A stretch of 64,000 nt of DNA from contig CAVZQC010000005.1 in the NCBI GenBank assembly GCA_963777315.1, positions 1 through 64,000 on the forward strand, in the 5' to 3' direction. Shown here in pieces: positions 18,883 to 29,719 of the stretch. How positions within the stretch are numbered: position 1 is the first letter of the stretch; each line of letters starts with the position of its first letter. Position numbers and translations under genes: made by a program. The notes beneath the pieces are model-generated. The model saw only the letters and a program-made list of their open reading frames with translations, was not told the origin of the DNA and did not search any database. Source of the DNA: Vulcanimicrobiota bacterium (GTDB taxonomy: Bacteria; Vulcanimicrobiota; Vulcanimicrobiia; Vulcanimicrobiales; Vulcanimicrobiaceae).

Positions 18883-21800
18883 TGCGGCGCTTGGGTTCGA
18901 CCGTTCTCTCGCGGCTCTTCGTGTTGATGATCGCCCTGTGCGCATCGGCCGCTGCGCAAGTGCATCCGGCCGGCCAAAATTCTTGGCCGCACTCGCTGCC
19001 GATTGCTCCCGTGCTGCATCTGCCCATGCCGCTGACCAAGGCGCCCGCACCAAGCGCGTCGCCTTCGCCCAACGCTTTTCTGCCTGCGCTGCGCGGACGC
19101 TACGTCGGCGCGGTCCCCGACGGCGCGCGGGTGCCCCTTACGATGCTGCCCACCTTGCCCATGCATACCGACGCGGCGACGATCCATCCCGGGCGCGGCC
19201 GCATGAGCGTACGCCGTCCGATGTCGGCGACCGGCGCCACGATCACCGTTACCACCGGCGCAGGCTGCAACAACGCCGTCGGCGCGCTGTTCAACACTGG
19301 CTGCACGATCAACTGGCAATCGTCTTCACTCACGCCGGCCACCGACACGTATCAGGATTATTACTTGGCGCCGAGCAACGGCGTCGGAACGACCGCCAGC
19401 GCAACGGCGTCGGGCGGAACCTACAGGGCTGCCGCGGGCAGTTCTCATTCGCTCGCGCTCGCAGCTGCCGGCACGTACGTTTTGGCCGTATACGACGTCA
19501 CCAAAGGTCTATGGGCGACCGTCGTTTACGTCAATGCCGGTCCGACGTTCTCGCTCAAAGTGTATCAAGACCCGTATCACAGCGTCGAAACGTACCAGTA
19601 CGACGTCTCGAGCAGCGGCGCTGCGTACATCGACGTCAAGAACGTCACGGCATCGGACTACTACGTCGTCTATGTCGAAGCCACGTCGGGCAATCCCTCG
19701 TGCCAGTTCATCAGCCCGCCGCAAACGCCGACGGCCACCGCGGGTCAGCTCTGCAGTCCCGCCAACTCTCCCGGCCAGCAGGCTCCGGGAGGCGAACTGT
19801 CGGTAACGTGGCCGTTGGACACGTCGATTCCTGCGGGTACGTATTCGGTCGTGATTTACGACAAGACGTTGAATCAGCGGTTGGCGCAAGTGCAAGTGGC
19901 GCTCACCGGCGCGGCCGGCAAACTGATTCTGGTGTATCCCGACGGAACCGGCGGCGGAGTCAATCCCTCGCCGCGTCCGCTTCCGGCAACGACGCCCTCG
20001 ACGACCGTTGCGTGGGACGGCAACGGCGAGGAGTCGGTAAGCGGCATCAATGCGTCGGTTTCGGGCATAACGTCGCACCCGTACATGTGGACGGTGAACG
20101 ACCCCGACGGCCGCGTCGTGAGCAGGTATTCGGCCACGATAGGTCCCAACGCGAATCACGTTTTCACGTTCGACTCTTTAGGCATCTTCAGCCCGGGCGA
20201 CTATCCTTCGGGCATCTACACCACCACGCTATACGACACGGCGACGAGCACGACGACCGCGTCGCAGCAGTTCAGAGTCGTCGGATACAATGCGACCACG
20301 GCATTCCACGTCGGTGCCAGCGATCAGTCCTCTCTCAACGTGCCGCAAAACGGCTCGGCATCCGCGTCGCTGAAAATCACCAATACGAGTGACGTGTATT
20401 ACGGCGTGGGCAACGGCGACACGTTCTCGGGGCTCGGCTTTACGACGGGTAAAGACTTTACGGCAACCGCCGGCAACGGCGTGGGCGTCATGGCGACCCT
20501 GAGCGGAGATACGATCGCCCAATGCACGCCGTCCTGCAGCACCACCGCGACCGACTCCAACGGCACGACGTGGAACGTTACCGATTACTGCAGCGCGGGT
20601 GGCCTGACGACGACCGGCGAATGCGACATCGTCGCGCTGCCCGCCAGTCCCTCGACCCAGCTGCAGGTGGGAGCGTACCTGATCGTCCCGTCGGTCACGT
20701 TCTACAATGCGAACGGCAGCAGCTGCACTCTTCGTGCAGCGGAACGACGTCGATTCTTCCAACGCACGGGCTGACGTGGTCCAAGCTGACTAATACCAGC
20801 TACGCCTGGACGCCGGTTTATTTCGCGAATGGCAGCACTTTGTCGGGCACCGCCCACGTCATGTTGTACGGCATGACCGGGCCGCCGGGGCGCTGGTTCG
20901 CAACGCCCGCGCCGACGGCGGTGGGTGCGCACCTGTATCAAACGCGCTTTCCGCAGGCGGACTACCATCAGTACTCGCCCTACTCGATCAACTACAGCTA
21001 TTACGACATCTTCGGAGTGACGATCACCAACAACACCAGCACTCCGATAACCGAATTCGCGGTGTCGCTGCCGGGGCCGTATGCCGCCAACAACACGCTG
21101 GAATACGTCGCCATCGATTCGAAGAGCTCGGGAAGCTGGGGCGTGTCGGCGCCCTGCGGCAATGCGAACCTGAGCGCAGCGTGGGTATGCTTTACCGCTT
21201 CGGGAGGCGCGAACGTGCCCGCCAACGGATCGACGACGGTCTATTTCGACGAAACGACCACGCCGACCAGCTTCGGATATACGGACATGATGGTGCAGGC
21301 GCTCCAGCCGCAAGCATTCTTCATCTCGCCCGACAACACGAACGTGACGGTCCCCGTGGGTCCGACCAACCCGTACACGGTCGACAGTTTGGCGTTTGCG
21401 CTGTACTCGCTCAACGGCGGAGACATGCCCACGTCGTTTTCGCCGAGCACGGCAGGTTCGGGCACTTCACCAACGCTCAACTTGAACCTGAGCAATACCT
21501 CGACGGCAACCGATCCGTTCCCCGACTACGTCGACGCGGTGGTCGTCGCCGTTCCCACCTCGCTCACGGTCAGCGGTAATCCCGCGCCGACGACGGCCGG
21601 GTGGTCGTATCTCGGCAAGCAAACCGTGGGCGCAAACACGAACTATTGGTTCGGCGTGTGCGCCGGACAATACGTGACGGCCGACGGTCCGCCCGCGGCC
21701 ACGCCGCTGGGCAGTCCCGCGCCTGCGCTGCCGCAGTGCACCAGCGCGCAGGAGCAAAACTCGCTGGCGCCTGCGGCAACGCTCACCGTACCGTTCACGT

Positions 21801-22888
21801 TCAGCAACTTGCCCGCCGGCACGGCGAACTTCAATATGTACGCGCACGGCGCGAACGCCAACGGGTGGACCGGCGCCAAACAGTTCTCGCTCAACGTTTC
21901 CAGCGCATCGGCGAGTGCCGGCTTTTCGGCCGCGGGCGGATATCCCACGCCGGCTCCGGTTTCAACGAACACCGTTCCTCAGATCGGCGGCAGCGCGAAT
22001 ACCACCTATGGAAACGCGTACACGTATACGATCAAGAATACCGGCCCGACGAACATCACCTCGCTCACCGTAACGGTGCCCGGCACGGATACGAACGGCA
22101 ACAATGCGACGGATCCATCGGGCCAAACCTGGGTGCTCACCGGCGCGCCGACCCTTGCAGGCAACGTCGACGGCTGCACGGTCACCTCTTCGAGCAGCGC
22201 GCAAACCAATGGGACGAACGGTTCGATCAACATCGGGGGCGGTTCGTGCGCGCTCAAACCGGGCGACACGCTGCAGATTACGTTTACTGCGAAAGGCCCG
22301 TCGGCGCAAAACGATTCGTATCAATGGGGAACGACGATCAATCCCAGCGGTACGCCGGCGGGCGAGGCGTGGCTCGGCGATACCGACGTCAAGGTCGTGC
22401 TCAGCATCGGCCTGAACATGGTGATCGATCCCACCAATCCCGGTCCGGGCGGATCTACTCCGGTGATCAGCTGCGGCTCCTGCGGATTTTCGGGAACAAC
22501 CGTCGACGTGGGAACGGTCAATAACGGTTCGTCCGGCTCGTTCAGCGATATCGCGCGCGCGAGCGTCTACATCACCTCGGGCAGCCCTTTGACGTGGTCG
22601 CTGTCGGTGCAGGCGAGCAATAATCCGGTCAACAGCACCGGCGTGCCGTCGAACGAACTGCAGACCGCCGTCGATTCGGGCAATTCGTCGCAAGGGGCAG
22701 GCATAACGTTCGATCAGACAGGCTATGCAGTGGTTCCGACGGCGGGTAACTTGCTGCTGGCCAACGGTACGAGCATTCCGGCGCGCAGCAACCCCTACGA
22801 CATCCTGCAGAACTTCAAGGTTTCGATCGGCAACGAGAACATCGTGCCGCAGGCCGTGACGCTCACGTATACGCTCGTAGCGAATTAG
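18882..22888 (+). CDS. Large Thr/Ser/Gly-rich adhesin with C-terminal pilin-like domain (about 1335 aa), frameshift near 20730
   Basis: MRRLGSTV... signal peptide from 18882; the frame switches at NANGSSCT|SSCSGTTSILP; ends TVDVGTV...TLTYTLVAN like the major subunit. Confidence 0.7.
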
Positions 22889-23655
22889 TGCCTGAGCCGC
22901 TAAGGTCGGCGGTTGCTGCAGTCCAGGAGGCCGGCGCGATTCTGCTCGAGCAATTGCGCCGGCCGCTGCATATCGAGGAGAAAGGCCGGCGCGCGGATTT
23001 GGTGACGCAAGCCGATCGCGCAAGCGAAGCGGCCATCGTGGCGCGCCTGAGCGCAGAGTATCCGGCCGCGACGATTGTGGGCGAAGAAGGCGGCGAGCGC
23101 AAAGGCAGCTCCGGCGAGCGCTGGATCGTCGATCCGCTCGACGGCACCACGAATTACGCGCACGCGTACCCGCTGTTTTGCGTGTCCATTGCGTACGAGG
23201 CGGACGGCGAGGTCGCGGCGGGCGTGGTCTATGCGCCGCTGATGAATGAATTGTTCGCCGCCGCGCGCGGCGCAGGCGCGATGCGAAACGACGCGCCCAT
23301 TCGCGTTTCGTCGATTGCGGACGTGGGCGCGGCGATGCTCTGCACGGGCTTCAAACCATACGATTTTGAAACGAACGCACCGTATTTTGCACGCGCGTCA
23401 AACGCTGCGCAGGCCGTGCGCCGCGACGGATCGGCGGCGCTCGATTTGGCCTACACGGCCATGGGGCGATTCGACGGCTTTTGGGAGTTCGATCTCGCCC
23501 CGTGGGACGTGGCTGCGGGCGCGCTGATCGTTCGCGAAGCCGGCGGAAGGGTGAGCGCGCTCGACGGCAGCGAATTCAGGGTCGACGGCGGATCGGTGCT
23601 TGCGAGCAACGGGCATATTCACGACGAGCTTGTGACGTTGTTCGCCGGCCCTTAG
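22888..23655 (+). CDS. Inositol monophosphatase family protein (SuhB-like)
   Basis: DLVTQAD, GEE, WIVDPLDGTTNY, GSAALDL, WDVAAG. Confidence 0.92.
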   Translation: MPEPLRSAVAAVQEAGAILLEQLRRPLHIEEKGRRADLVTQADRASEAAIVARLSAEYPAATIVGEEGGERKGSSGERWIVDPLDGTTNYAHAYPLFCVSIAYEADGEVAAGVVYAPLMNELFAAARGAGAMRNDAPIRVSSIADVGAAMLCTGFKPYDFETNAPYFARASNAAQAVRRDGSAALDLAYTAMGRFDGFWEFDLAPWDVAAGALIVREAGGRVSALDGSEFRVDGGSVLASNGHIHDELVTLFAGP

Positions 23656-23662
23656 CAAATAG

Positions 23663-25006
23663 CTACACCGCAATCAACTCGCGGCGCGTCCACGATTCGT
23701 CGGCCAGTTTAATCGCCGTGATGATCGATCTGGCACTCCAGGCGAAGATCCAAGCGATGGGCACGCCCCAGAGGCCGACGTGCAGCACGCGAATGCACGC
23801 GTATGACGCGGGCACGACGAGCAGACCGGTCACGATGCCGATCGTCATGGAAAAGCGCGTGTCACCCGAGGCTCGAATCGGCGCCATCGACACCATGGCC
23901 CAGCCTTTGATCGGCAGCGTCACCATGTGCGCGGCCAGCGGCCAGGCCGCCAGCGATGCTACCGCGGCGCTCAGCGTAATGACGTACGCTGCGGGCCACG
24001 CGAGCAGCGCTGCGGCGATGCCCGTTACGGCGCTGATCCAAAACGCGACCACGCGCGAGCGGCGGAAGAACCATTTCGCGCCCTCCACGTCGTTTGCGCC
24101 CAAGCGCTGACCGATGACGGTCTGCACGGCGGACTGCAGCGGGCTGGGCACGACGAACGTGATGTCGGATACCACGCTGAGCGCTCGAAACGCGGCGATC
24201 TGCACCGGTCCGAACGGCGCGAGCATGGCAACGATGAACGCGTCGGGCGCCATCATGGTAAAGAGGAAAACCGCCTCCGGCAACCCGAGCCGAGCACATT
24301 CGACGGCCAGCCGAAAGTCGAGCGTCAGCTGCGTGAAGATGCGATAGACGGGGCGCCGCCAAACGTACAGCACGCCGTACGCCGCCGCAATCGCTTCGGA
24401 CAGCAACGACGATACGCCGGCGCCTACGATGCCGAACGGGTGATGCGTGAGCCAGCCCAGCGCCAGAACGAGCACCAGCGGAATGTGAACGATGTTGATC
24501 ACCGCCAGGACGATCGCGCCGAATTTGCGGTTGCCCGCAACTCCCAAGCCCGTGATCAGCGTTCCGGAAATCGCGATGGGAATCAGCGACAGGCAGCGTA
24601 CGAACAGGTACGTGCCGCTCGCGTGCGCGCTGGGCAGACGCCCGACCATTTCGTGCAGGACGGGTTCGGAAAACAGCATGCTTGCCAGCGCGATGACGAT
24701 CGCGGCCACGAGCGGCATAACCAGCGCCGCGCGCACCGTTTTGCCGAACCCGTCGACATCGCCCGCGCCCACGCGCTGCGAAGCGATGATTCCGCCGCCG
24801 GCCATGAAGCCCAGCACCGCAAAAGCGATCGCCATGAACGCGGTCACGGCGCCGGTCGCACCCGCGAGGGCAACGGCGCCCAAGCTGCCGATGACGATAG
24901 TGTCGACGATACCTAAGACTTGATCGCCCAGCATCGCGACGCCCGTAGGAAGCGAAAGGCGCCGGAATGCGGCGCCTACGTTGCGATGGTCGACGATCAT
25001 GGACAT
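23663..25006 (-). CDS. MATE family efflux transporter
   Basis: VDTIVIGSLGAVALAG, SQRVGAGD, IGQRLGAND, RASGDTR; about 12 TM segments. Confidence 0.88.
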   Translation of the reverse strand: MSMIVDHRNVGAAFRRLSLPTGVAMLGDQVLGIVDTIVIGSLGAVALAGATGAVTAFMAIAFAVLGFMAGGGIIASQRVGAGDVDGFGKTVRAALVMPLVAAIVIALASMLFSEPVLHEMVGRLPSAHASGTYLFVRCLSLIPIAISGTLITGLGVAGNRKFGAIVLAVINIVHIPLVLVLALGWLTHHPFGIVGAGVSSLLSEAIAAAYGVLYVWRRPVYRIFTQLTLDFRLAVECARLGLPEAVFLFTMMAPDAFIVAMLAPFGPVQIAAFRALSVVSDITFVVPSPLQSAVQTVIGQRLGANDVEGAKWFFRRSRVVAFWISAVTGIAAALLAWPAAYVITLSAAVASLAAWPLAAHMVTLPIKGWAMVSMAPIRASGDTRFSMTIGIVTGLLVVPASYACIRVLHVGLWGVPIAWIFAWSARSIITAIKLADESWTRRELIAV

Positions 25007-26157
25007 CGTCGGGCCTCGTCGAGCGCAGCAAAGAACGCTTCGACGTCATCACCGGTCGTGTAGAAATGCGGGCCGACGCGAATGCCGCATCCGGGCCGGT
25101 AATCGACGAATACCCGCCGTTCGATCAGCGCACGGTACGCGCGCTGGGAGTCGGGAAAATCGATCGCAATCCACCCCGTGCGTTTGGCCGGATCCAAAGG
25201 CGTATTGACCTGCAGGCCGCGATCCAGCGCTCCATCCGCGATCGCCGTGGTCAGCCGGACGTTGTGCTCGCGGATGTGCTTGACTCCGATGTTCCCGATG
25301 AGATCGTGTCCGGGTTTGGCGACCAGATAACCCGGGATAGTCGGCGTTCCCGTTCCCCAGCGATACATCGTTGGCGACCACGTCATCGGCGCGGGTTCGA
25401 ACGAAAACGGCCGCGCGTGCGCCATCCATCCGGTAACTGCCGGCTCGAACGTGTCGAGCGATTCCGGGCGAACGTAGATCCAGCCGCATCCCGGTCCGCC
25501 GCATAACCATTTGTGGCTTCCGCCGGTCACGACGTCCAAATCCCACTCTCGAACGTCGTACGGGTAGACGCCGGTCGTCTGATACGCATCTACGCACAGC
25601 AGCGTGCCGGTGCTGCGGCAATGCGTTTGGATCGCGCGCACGTCGGCAAGCGCGCCGGATACGTAATAGGCGTGCGAAAGAACGGCGATGACGGTGCGCT
25701 CGGTAATCGCTGCGATGATGCGTTCGGTCGGAACCGTTCGGCCGTCGTCGGACGCAACTATGCATGGCTTGGCGCCGAAGCGCTGCCACTCGGTCCACAC
25801 GTACGTGAGCGAAGGAAACTGCAGCGCCTCGTACACGACTTCGTTGCGCTCGCGGGTGAAATGCAGGCATGAGGCCAGAGCCGACTGCATCACCGAAACG
25901 TTGGGGCCAAGGAAGATCGAGCCGGCCGGCGCGCCGATGATGCGTCCGATGCCGTTGGCAACTTCACCGATTTGCGGCAGCCAGCGCTCCCAGGCCTCCG
26001 GTCCGTCGGTCGCCCAGTCGTTCCAATACGCTTGAAGTGCGTCGCGAGCTCCCAGCGGCGCCGCCCCCATCGAATGGCTCACCAAATACGTCGAAGAAGC
26101 CAGCGTGGGAAACTGTTCGCGGGCAACGGCCTGCGCAGGATCGCTTCGAAGCGTCAT
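24997..26157 (-). CDS. kynU: Kynureninase (class V PLP enzyme)
   Basis: YLVSHSMG, QFPS, VDAYQTTG, GGSHKWLCGGPG; overlaps the kynA stop. Confidence 0.8.
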   Translation of the reverse strand: MTLRSDPAQAVAREQFPTLASSTYLVSHSMGAAPLGARDALQAYWNDWATDGPEAWERWLPQIGEVANGIGRIIGAPAGSIFLGPNVSVMQSALASCLHFTRERNEVVYEALQFPSLTYVWTEWQRFGAKPCIVASDDGRTVPTERIIAAITERTVIAVLSHAYYVSGALADVRAIQTHCRSTGTLLCVDAYQTTGVYPYDVREWDLDVVTGGSHKWLCGGPGCGWIYVRPESLDTFEPAVTGWMAHARPFSFEPAPMTWSPTMYRWGTGTPTIPGYLVAKPGHDLIGNIGVKHIREHNVRLTTAIADGALDRGLQVNTPLDPAKRTGWIAIDFPDSQRAYRALIERRVFVDYRPGCGIRVGPHFYTTGDDVEAFFAALDEARRCP

Positions 26158-26933
26158 TCGTAGCCTTTGCCCAAGTACGAACGCACTTCCCACAGCTCGG
26201 GAAAGAAGCGATGCTCGAGCGTGGTCGCCAAGTACGCCGCGCCAAGCGATCCGCCCGTGCCTTTCTTGGCACCGATCATGCGTTCGACCATGCGAATGTG
26301 CCGGCCGCGCCACAGCAGAAACCGCTCGTCGAATTCGATCAGATCTTCCAGGAGAAGATACAGATCGTAGTTGTCGCGCGGGTGCGTGTATATCGTTTTA
26401 CAGCTGTCGATCAGCCCGTCGTGCGAATCGGCTGCGAATCCGCGGCGCGCCAGCAGCGCTTTGACGTTGTCGTACAGCGAAGGCTCGGCAAGCCGGCGAT
26501 CCAGACGCGAGCGCTGCGCATCACTGGTCTGAATGTGCTTGAGCGCGTCCAGCCGGCGCACGCCGCAAAGAAACTCGAGTTCCCGAAACTGGATCGATTG
26601 AAAGCCGCTGGCGGGATTGAGGTTGTCGCGAAACGCGTTGAACTCTTGGGGCGTCATCGTCTCCAAGATGTCGATCTGCTGTTCGAGCAGGCGTTGAATC
26701 GTGTGGATCCGCCGGAAGTGTTTGGTCACCTGGAGCAGCTCGTCCCGATCGAGGTCGCGCATCACGGCCTCGACTTCGTGCAGGATCTGCTTGAACCACA
26801 GTTCGTACACCTGATGAATGATGATGAAAAGCATCTCGTCGTGGTGCGCGGGCGACGAGAGCGGGCGCTGCAGTTCGAGCAGTTCGTTCACTTTCAGGTA
26901 CGATCCGTACGAGAGACGTTCTTGCTGCTGCAT
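26154..26933 (-). CDS. kynA: Tryptophan 2,3-dioxygenase
   Basis: HDEMLFIIIHQVYELWFKQ, ASGFQSIQFRELEF, VERMIGAKKGTGGS. Confidence 0.95.
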   Translation of the reverse strand: MQQQERLSYGSYLKVNELLELQRPLSSPAHHDEMLFIIIHQVYELWFKQILHEVEAVMRDLDRDELLQVTKHFRRIHTIQRLLEQQIDILETMTPQEFNAFRDNLNPASGFQSIQFRELEFLCGVRRLDALKHIQTSDAQRSRLDRRLAEPSLYDNVKALLARRGFAADSHDGLIDSCKTIYTHPRDNYDLYLLLEDLIEFDERFLLWRGRHIRMVERMIGAKKGTGGSLGAAYLATTLEHRFFPELWEVRSYLGKGYE

Positions 26934-26936
26934 CGA

Positions 26937-27344
26937 TTATCTATGCACGGTTACGGTATACGTTTGAACTTTTGCCGGTTTGGCTCCACGCTCCCAAGCG
27001 CGCTGGTATGCGAGCGTGAGACGAAACTTCCCCACGCCGGCCGCGCGAAAGACGAGCACTTCGATCCCCGGACCGCCGGGCATCAGTCTGCCGCGGGCCT
27101 GCTGAAAGACGCCCAGCAAGGTGAGTCCCGGCGGCAGGGGCCCCTGCGGTCTCCAAGTGTATCCGGTTCCCGAAGTAACCTCCAACTGCACCTGAAACGC
27201 GCGGCCGGTTCGTATCGCTATGGAGGAATCCTTTGCCGTAAACGTCGGCATGGCCACGCGCCTCATTGCAGGCGCCAATGACGGCAAAGCCGTGGGCGCG
27301 GGTACCGAAGCGGCGACGGCGGCCGCAAAAATCACTGCGAGCAT
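26937..27344 (-). CDS. Chagasin-like (I42) protease inhibitor family protein
   Basis: Signal peptide, GTGYTW, MPGGPG, YQRAWE. Confidence 0.75.
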   Translation of the reverse strand: MLAVIFAAAVAASVPAPTALPSLAPAMRRVAMPTFTAKDSSIAIRTGRAFQVQLEVTSGTGYTWRPQGPLPPGLTLLGVFQQARGRLMPGGPGIEVLVFRAAGVGKFRLTLAYQRAWERGAKPAKVQTYTVTVHR

Positions 27345-27353
27345 AGCTTGCGT

Positions 27354-27680
27354 TCAATCCTCTTCTTGCGCGGTATCCAATTGTCGATCTATCGTTCCGC
27401 GCAGCACGTGGAAAGCCATCACGAAGTCGGCCGCCAGAGAAGCTAACGGCGCGCGCAGCGTTTCCGGCCGGTTACGTTCGATGAGCGCGTGGGACAGCCA
27501 CGCGGGACCGTAGCCGGCGGCAAGTCCGGCCGCCGCAAGCCAAGGTTTGCGCAGTACGATCGCGCGCAGCAGCAGACCGGTGCCGGCGAGCGTACCGGCC
27601 ACGTGAAACAGACGCGTTCGCGGGTCGCGATGAGCCTGCAGATACCGTGGCCAAAACTCTCGGAACGACAACCGCCGCAC
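27354..27680 (-). CDS. DUF962/Mpo1-like small membrane protein
   Basis: SFREFWPRYLQAH..RLFHVAGT, GYGPAWLSHALIERNRP. Confidence 0.8.
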   Translation of the reverse strand: MRRLSFREFWPRYLQAHRDPRTRLFHVAGTLAGTGLLLRAIVLRKPWLAAAGLAAGYGPAWLSHALIERNRPETLRAPLASLAADFVMAFHVLRGTIDRQLDTAQEED

Positions 27681-27739
27681 CCCCTTGCCGCAATCGCTTA
27701 CGGGGTCGGCGCGCCTTCTCCTCGAACGGCTCGTGCGCT

Positions 27740-28429
27740 ATGCAGAACAAGAATGTCGTCGCTCTGGCCGCTGCGCTGCTGCTTGCCGCGGGATGCTCCT
27801 CGCAGCAAAGCGCAAATCAAACCGGTCCGTCGTCCCCGCCTGCGCTGCGAAACCCGCTGAATTTTCCGTTGTACGCCGGCGCCTCCGTGGTGAGCTCGCG
27901 AGCGTTCACGCAAAACGTGCAATTGGGAAACGCAGCCGGGGGGCACTCGGTTTTTACGGGCGGCAGCGGAACGTACTCGGGTCACGAAGTCATCGCCGCA
28001 TCCAACGCGTCGTTCGGGCAGCTCTCTTCATGGGTCGAGCATCTTGCCGGTTCGCCGCCGTCCGGATACCGGTCGGTTGAAACCGGCAGCAATCCGCAGG
28101 CGCAGACCCAAGCGCAGCGCTACGGATTGGATTATGCCGGCTTTGAAAGACAGCAAGGTACGCAAAAGCACGGCGTGCTGGTGATCGTGATGGACCCTGC
28201 GCGCGTGAACGAGCGGTTCGGGCGCATACTGGGCTTGATTGGCAAGTACCGAGCGTTGCCGCAAATGATGCGCGCTCCCATCGACAATGAAGCCAAGGCG
28301 CGCATCGGCATGACGATCACGCAAGCGACGCAGCCGCAAAGCCCCATCGGCGCAACGCTTGCCGCGCTGGATCAATTCGAACACCGGAATGCACGCGGTA
28401 TCGTCGTGATCGATGCTGTTAAGCAGTAG
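27740..28429 (+). CDS. Hypothetical lipoprotein
   Basis: MQNKNVVALAAALLLAAG-C lipobox. Confidence 0.75.
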   Translation: MQNKNVVALAAALLLAAGCSSQQSANQTGPSSPPALRNPLNFPLYAGASVVSSRAFTQNVQLGNAAGGHSVFTGGSGTYSGHEVIAASNASFGQLSSWVEHLAGSPPSGYRSVETGSNPQAQTQAQRYGLDYAGFERQQGTQKHGVLVIVMDPARVNERFGRILGLIGKYRALPQMMRAPIDNEAKARIGMTITQATQPQSPIGATLAALDQFEHRNARGIVVIDAVKQ

Positions 28430-28433
28430 CGCC

Positions 28434-29093
28434 ATGCTGGCGGCAGTGTACGTTGGCGCGCAAGGCCTGCTCGCTACCGGCGCGCACACCGACGTGGCCG
28501 GCACCCAGCACGGCGTGGCGGCCGGTGCGATTCTGCAGCTGGGCGTACTGGGCAAACGCGTGGCGATGCGCTTGGAAGGCGTTCCGCCCGTTTCGCTGCC
28601 GCAGAAACCATCGGCATTTTACGGCGCGGCCACCCCGCAACTCAGCTTGATCAACGGCGCCGTTCGATTTGCGATCGATCCGGCGGGACATCTTTGGGCC
28701 GGCGTGGGCGAAACTATAGTCAACCAGCGAACTCCTTTGCCGAACCTGTCCCAGGTGGTGGCATCGCGGCTCGCCGGCGTCCGTTACGAGATGACGTATC
28801 GCGTACCTGCGGGGCATGCGCGCTTCATCGAAGTGATGCTCGGCGCGGCGCCGCATATGACCGGAACGGATCGCTACATGTACAGCATCGGCCTTCCCGA
28901 GGTCGACAAAGCGGAAGTCGCGTCTGAAGAAGACGTCATGGCCGCGCTGGGCATGTCGTTCGCACGTTCCGAATTGCTGGTGGGATTGCGCAGCATCGGC
29001 TTTTCCGCGCGCTATCCGGCTACCGGAGAAGCCGGCGATCGCAACAACGGCGCCGGCATCGCCGTCGAGTGGCGGCGCTTTATCGCAAGATGA
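28434..29093 (+). CDS. Hypothetical protein, possible small beta-barrel
   Basis: Amphipathic strands ending GAGIAVEWRRF; start uncertain (28413 or 28434). Confidence 0.55.
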   Translation: MLAAVYVGAQGLLATGAHTDVAGTQHGVAAGAILQLGVLGKRVAMRLEGVPPVSLPQKPSAFYGAATPQLSLINGAVRFAIDPAGHLWAGVGETIVNQRTPLPNLSQVVASRLAGVRYEMTYRVPAGHARFIEVMLGAAPHMTGTDRYMYSIGLPEVDKAEVASEEDVMAALGMSFARSELLVGLRSIGFSARYPATGEAGDRNNGAGIAVEWRRFIAR

Positions 29094-29559
29094 CGCCTTC
29101 GAATTCGAGCAGGCGCCGGCGCAGCGACCGCGGTCCGGCGCCGCGCAGGCTGCCGTCCGAGCCGACCACCCGATGTGCGGGCACGAACAAGTCCAGGGGC
29201 GAGTGCGCCATAGCCGATGCAACGCCGCGGGCCGCACGAGGCGCGCCGACGGCACGCGCGAGGTCGCCGTACGAGATGATTTCGCCGGTGTCCAGGCCGG
29301 CGACGAAACTCCACACGGCGGTTTGAAACGGCGTTCCTTCCAAGAGAAGCGGAAGGTCGAATCTCTGCAGCCGCCTGCGGAAATACGCCGCGACTTGCGC
29401 CGCGGCTTCGCGTAGCAGCGGATGGCGCGATCGCGCGCCGCTTTTTCCGGTCATGCGAATGAAATCGCTTGCGATGATGCGGCGCTCATCTGCCCGAACG
29501 GCAAGCGCCACTCCCAGCGGAGTAGCCATTACGACCGAGTCCGGGTACAAGGCAGCCAT
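29080..29559 (-). CDS. O6-alkylguanine alkyltransferase-like protein (Ogt fold, catalytic Cys replaced by Ala)
   Basis: GTPFQTAVW, ISYGDLA, AARGVASA, VPAHRVV (canonical PCHRV); start 29559 or 29529. Confidence 0.85.
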   Translation of the reverse strand: MAALYPDSVVMATPLGVALAVRADERRIIASDFIRMTGKSGARSRHPLLREAAAQVAAYFRRRLQRFDLPLLLEGTPFQTAVWSFVAGLDTGEIISYGDLARAVGAPRAARGVASAMAHSPLDLFVPAHRVVGSDGSLRGAGPRSLRRRLLEFEGVILR

Positions 29560-29719
29560 GGAACGCGATGATAAGATCGTGCAGGCGCCAAAACCTGCGG
29601 AAAAAGCCGAGATCAAAGAACAAGCACGTGAAGCGCACGAGGGCGACAAGCAACTGGACGACTATGACAAGACCGTCGCCGACTCGTTTCCTTCCAGCGA
29701 TCCTCCGGCGCAGCCGTAG
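29558..29719 (+). CDS. 53-aa acidic small protein with DSFPSSDPP motif
   Basis: MERDDKIV...YDKTVADSFPSSDPPAQP; resembles the recurring SFPASDPP small-protein motif. Confidence 0.6.
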   Translation: MERDDKIVQAPKPAEKAEIKEQAREAHEGDKQLDDYDKTVADSFPSSDPPAQP

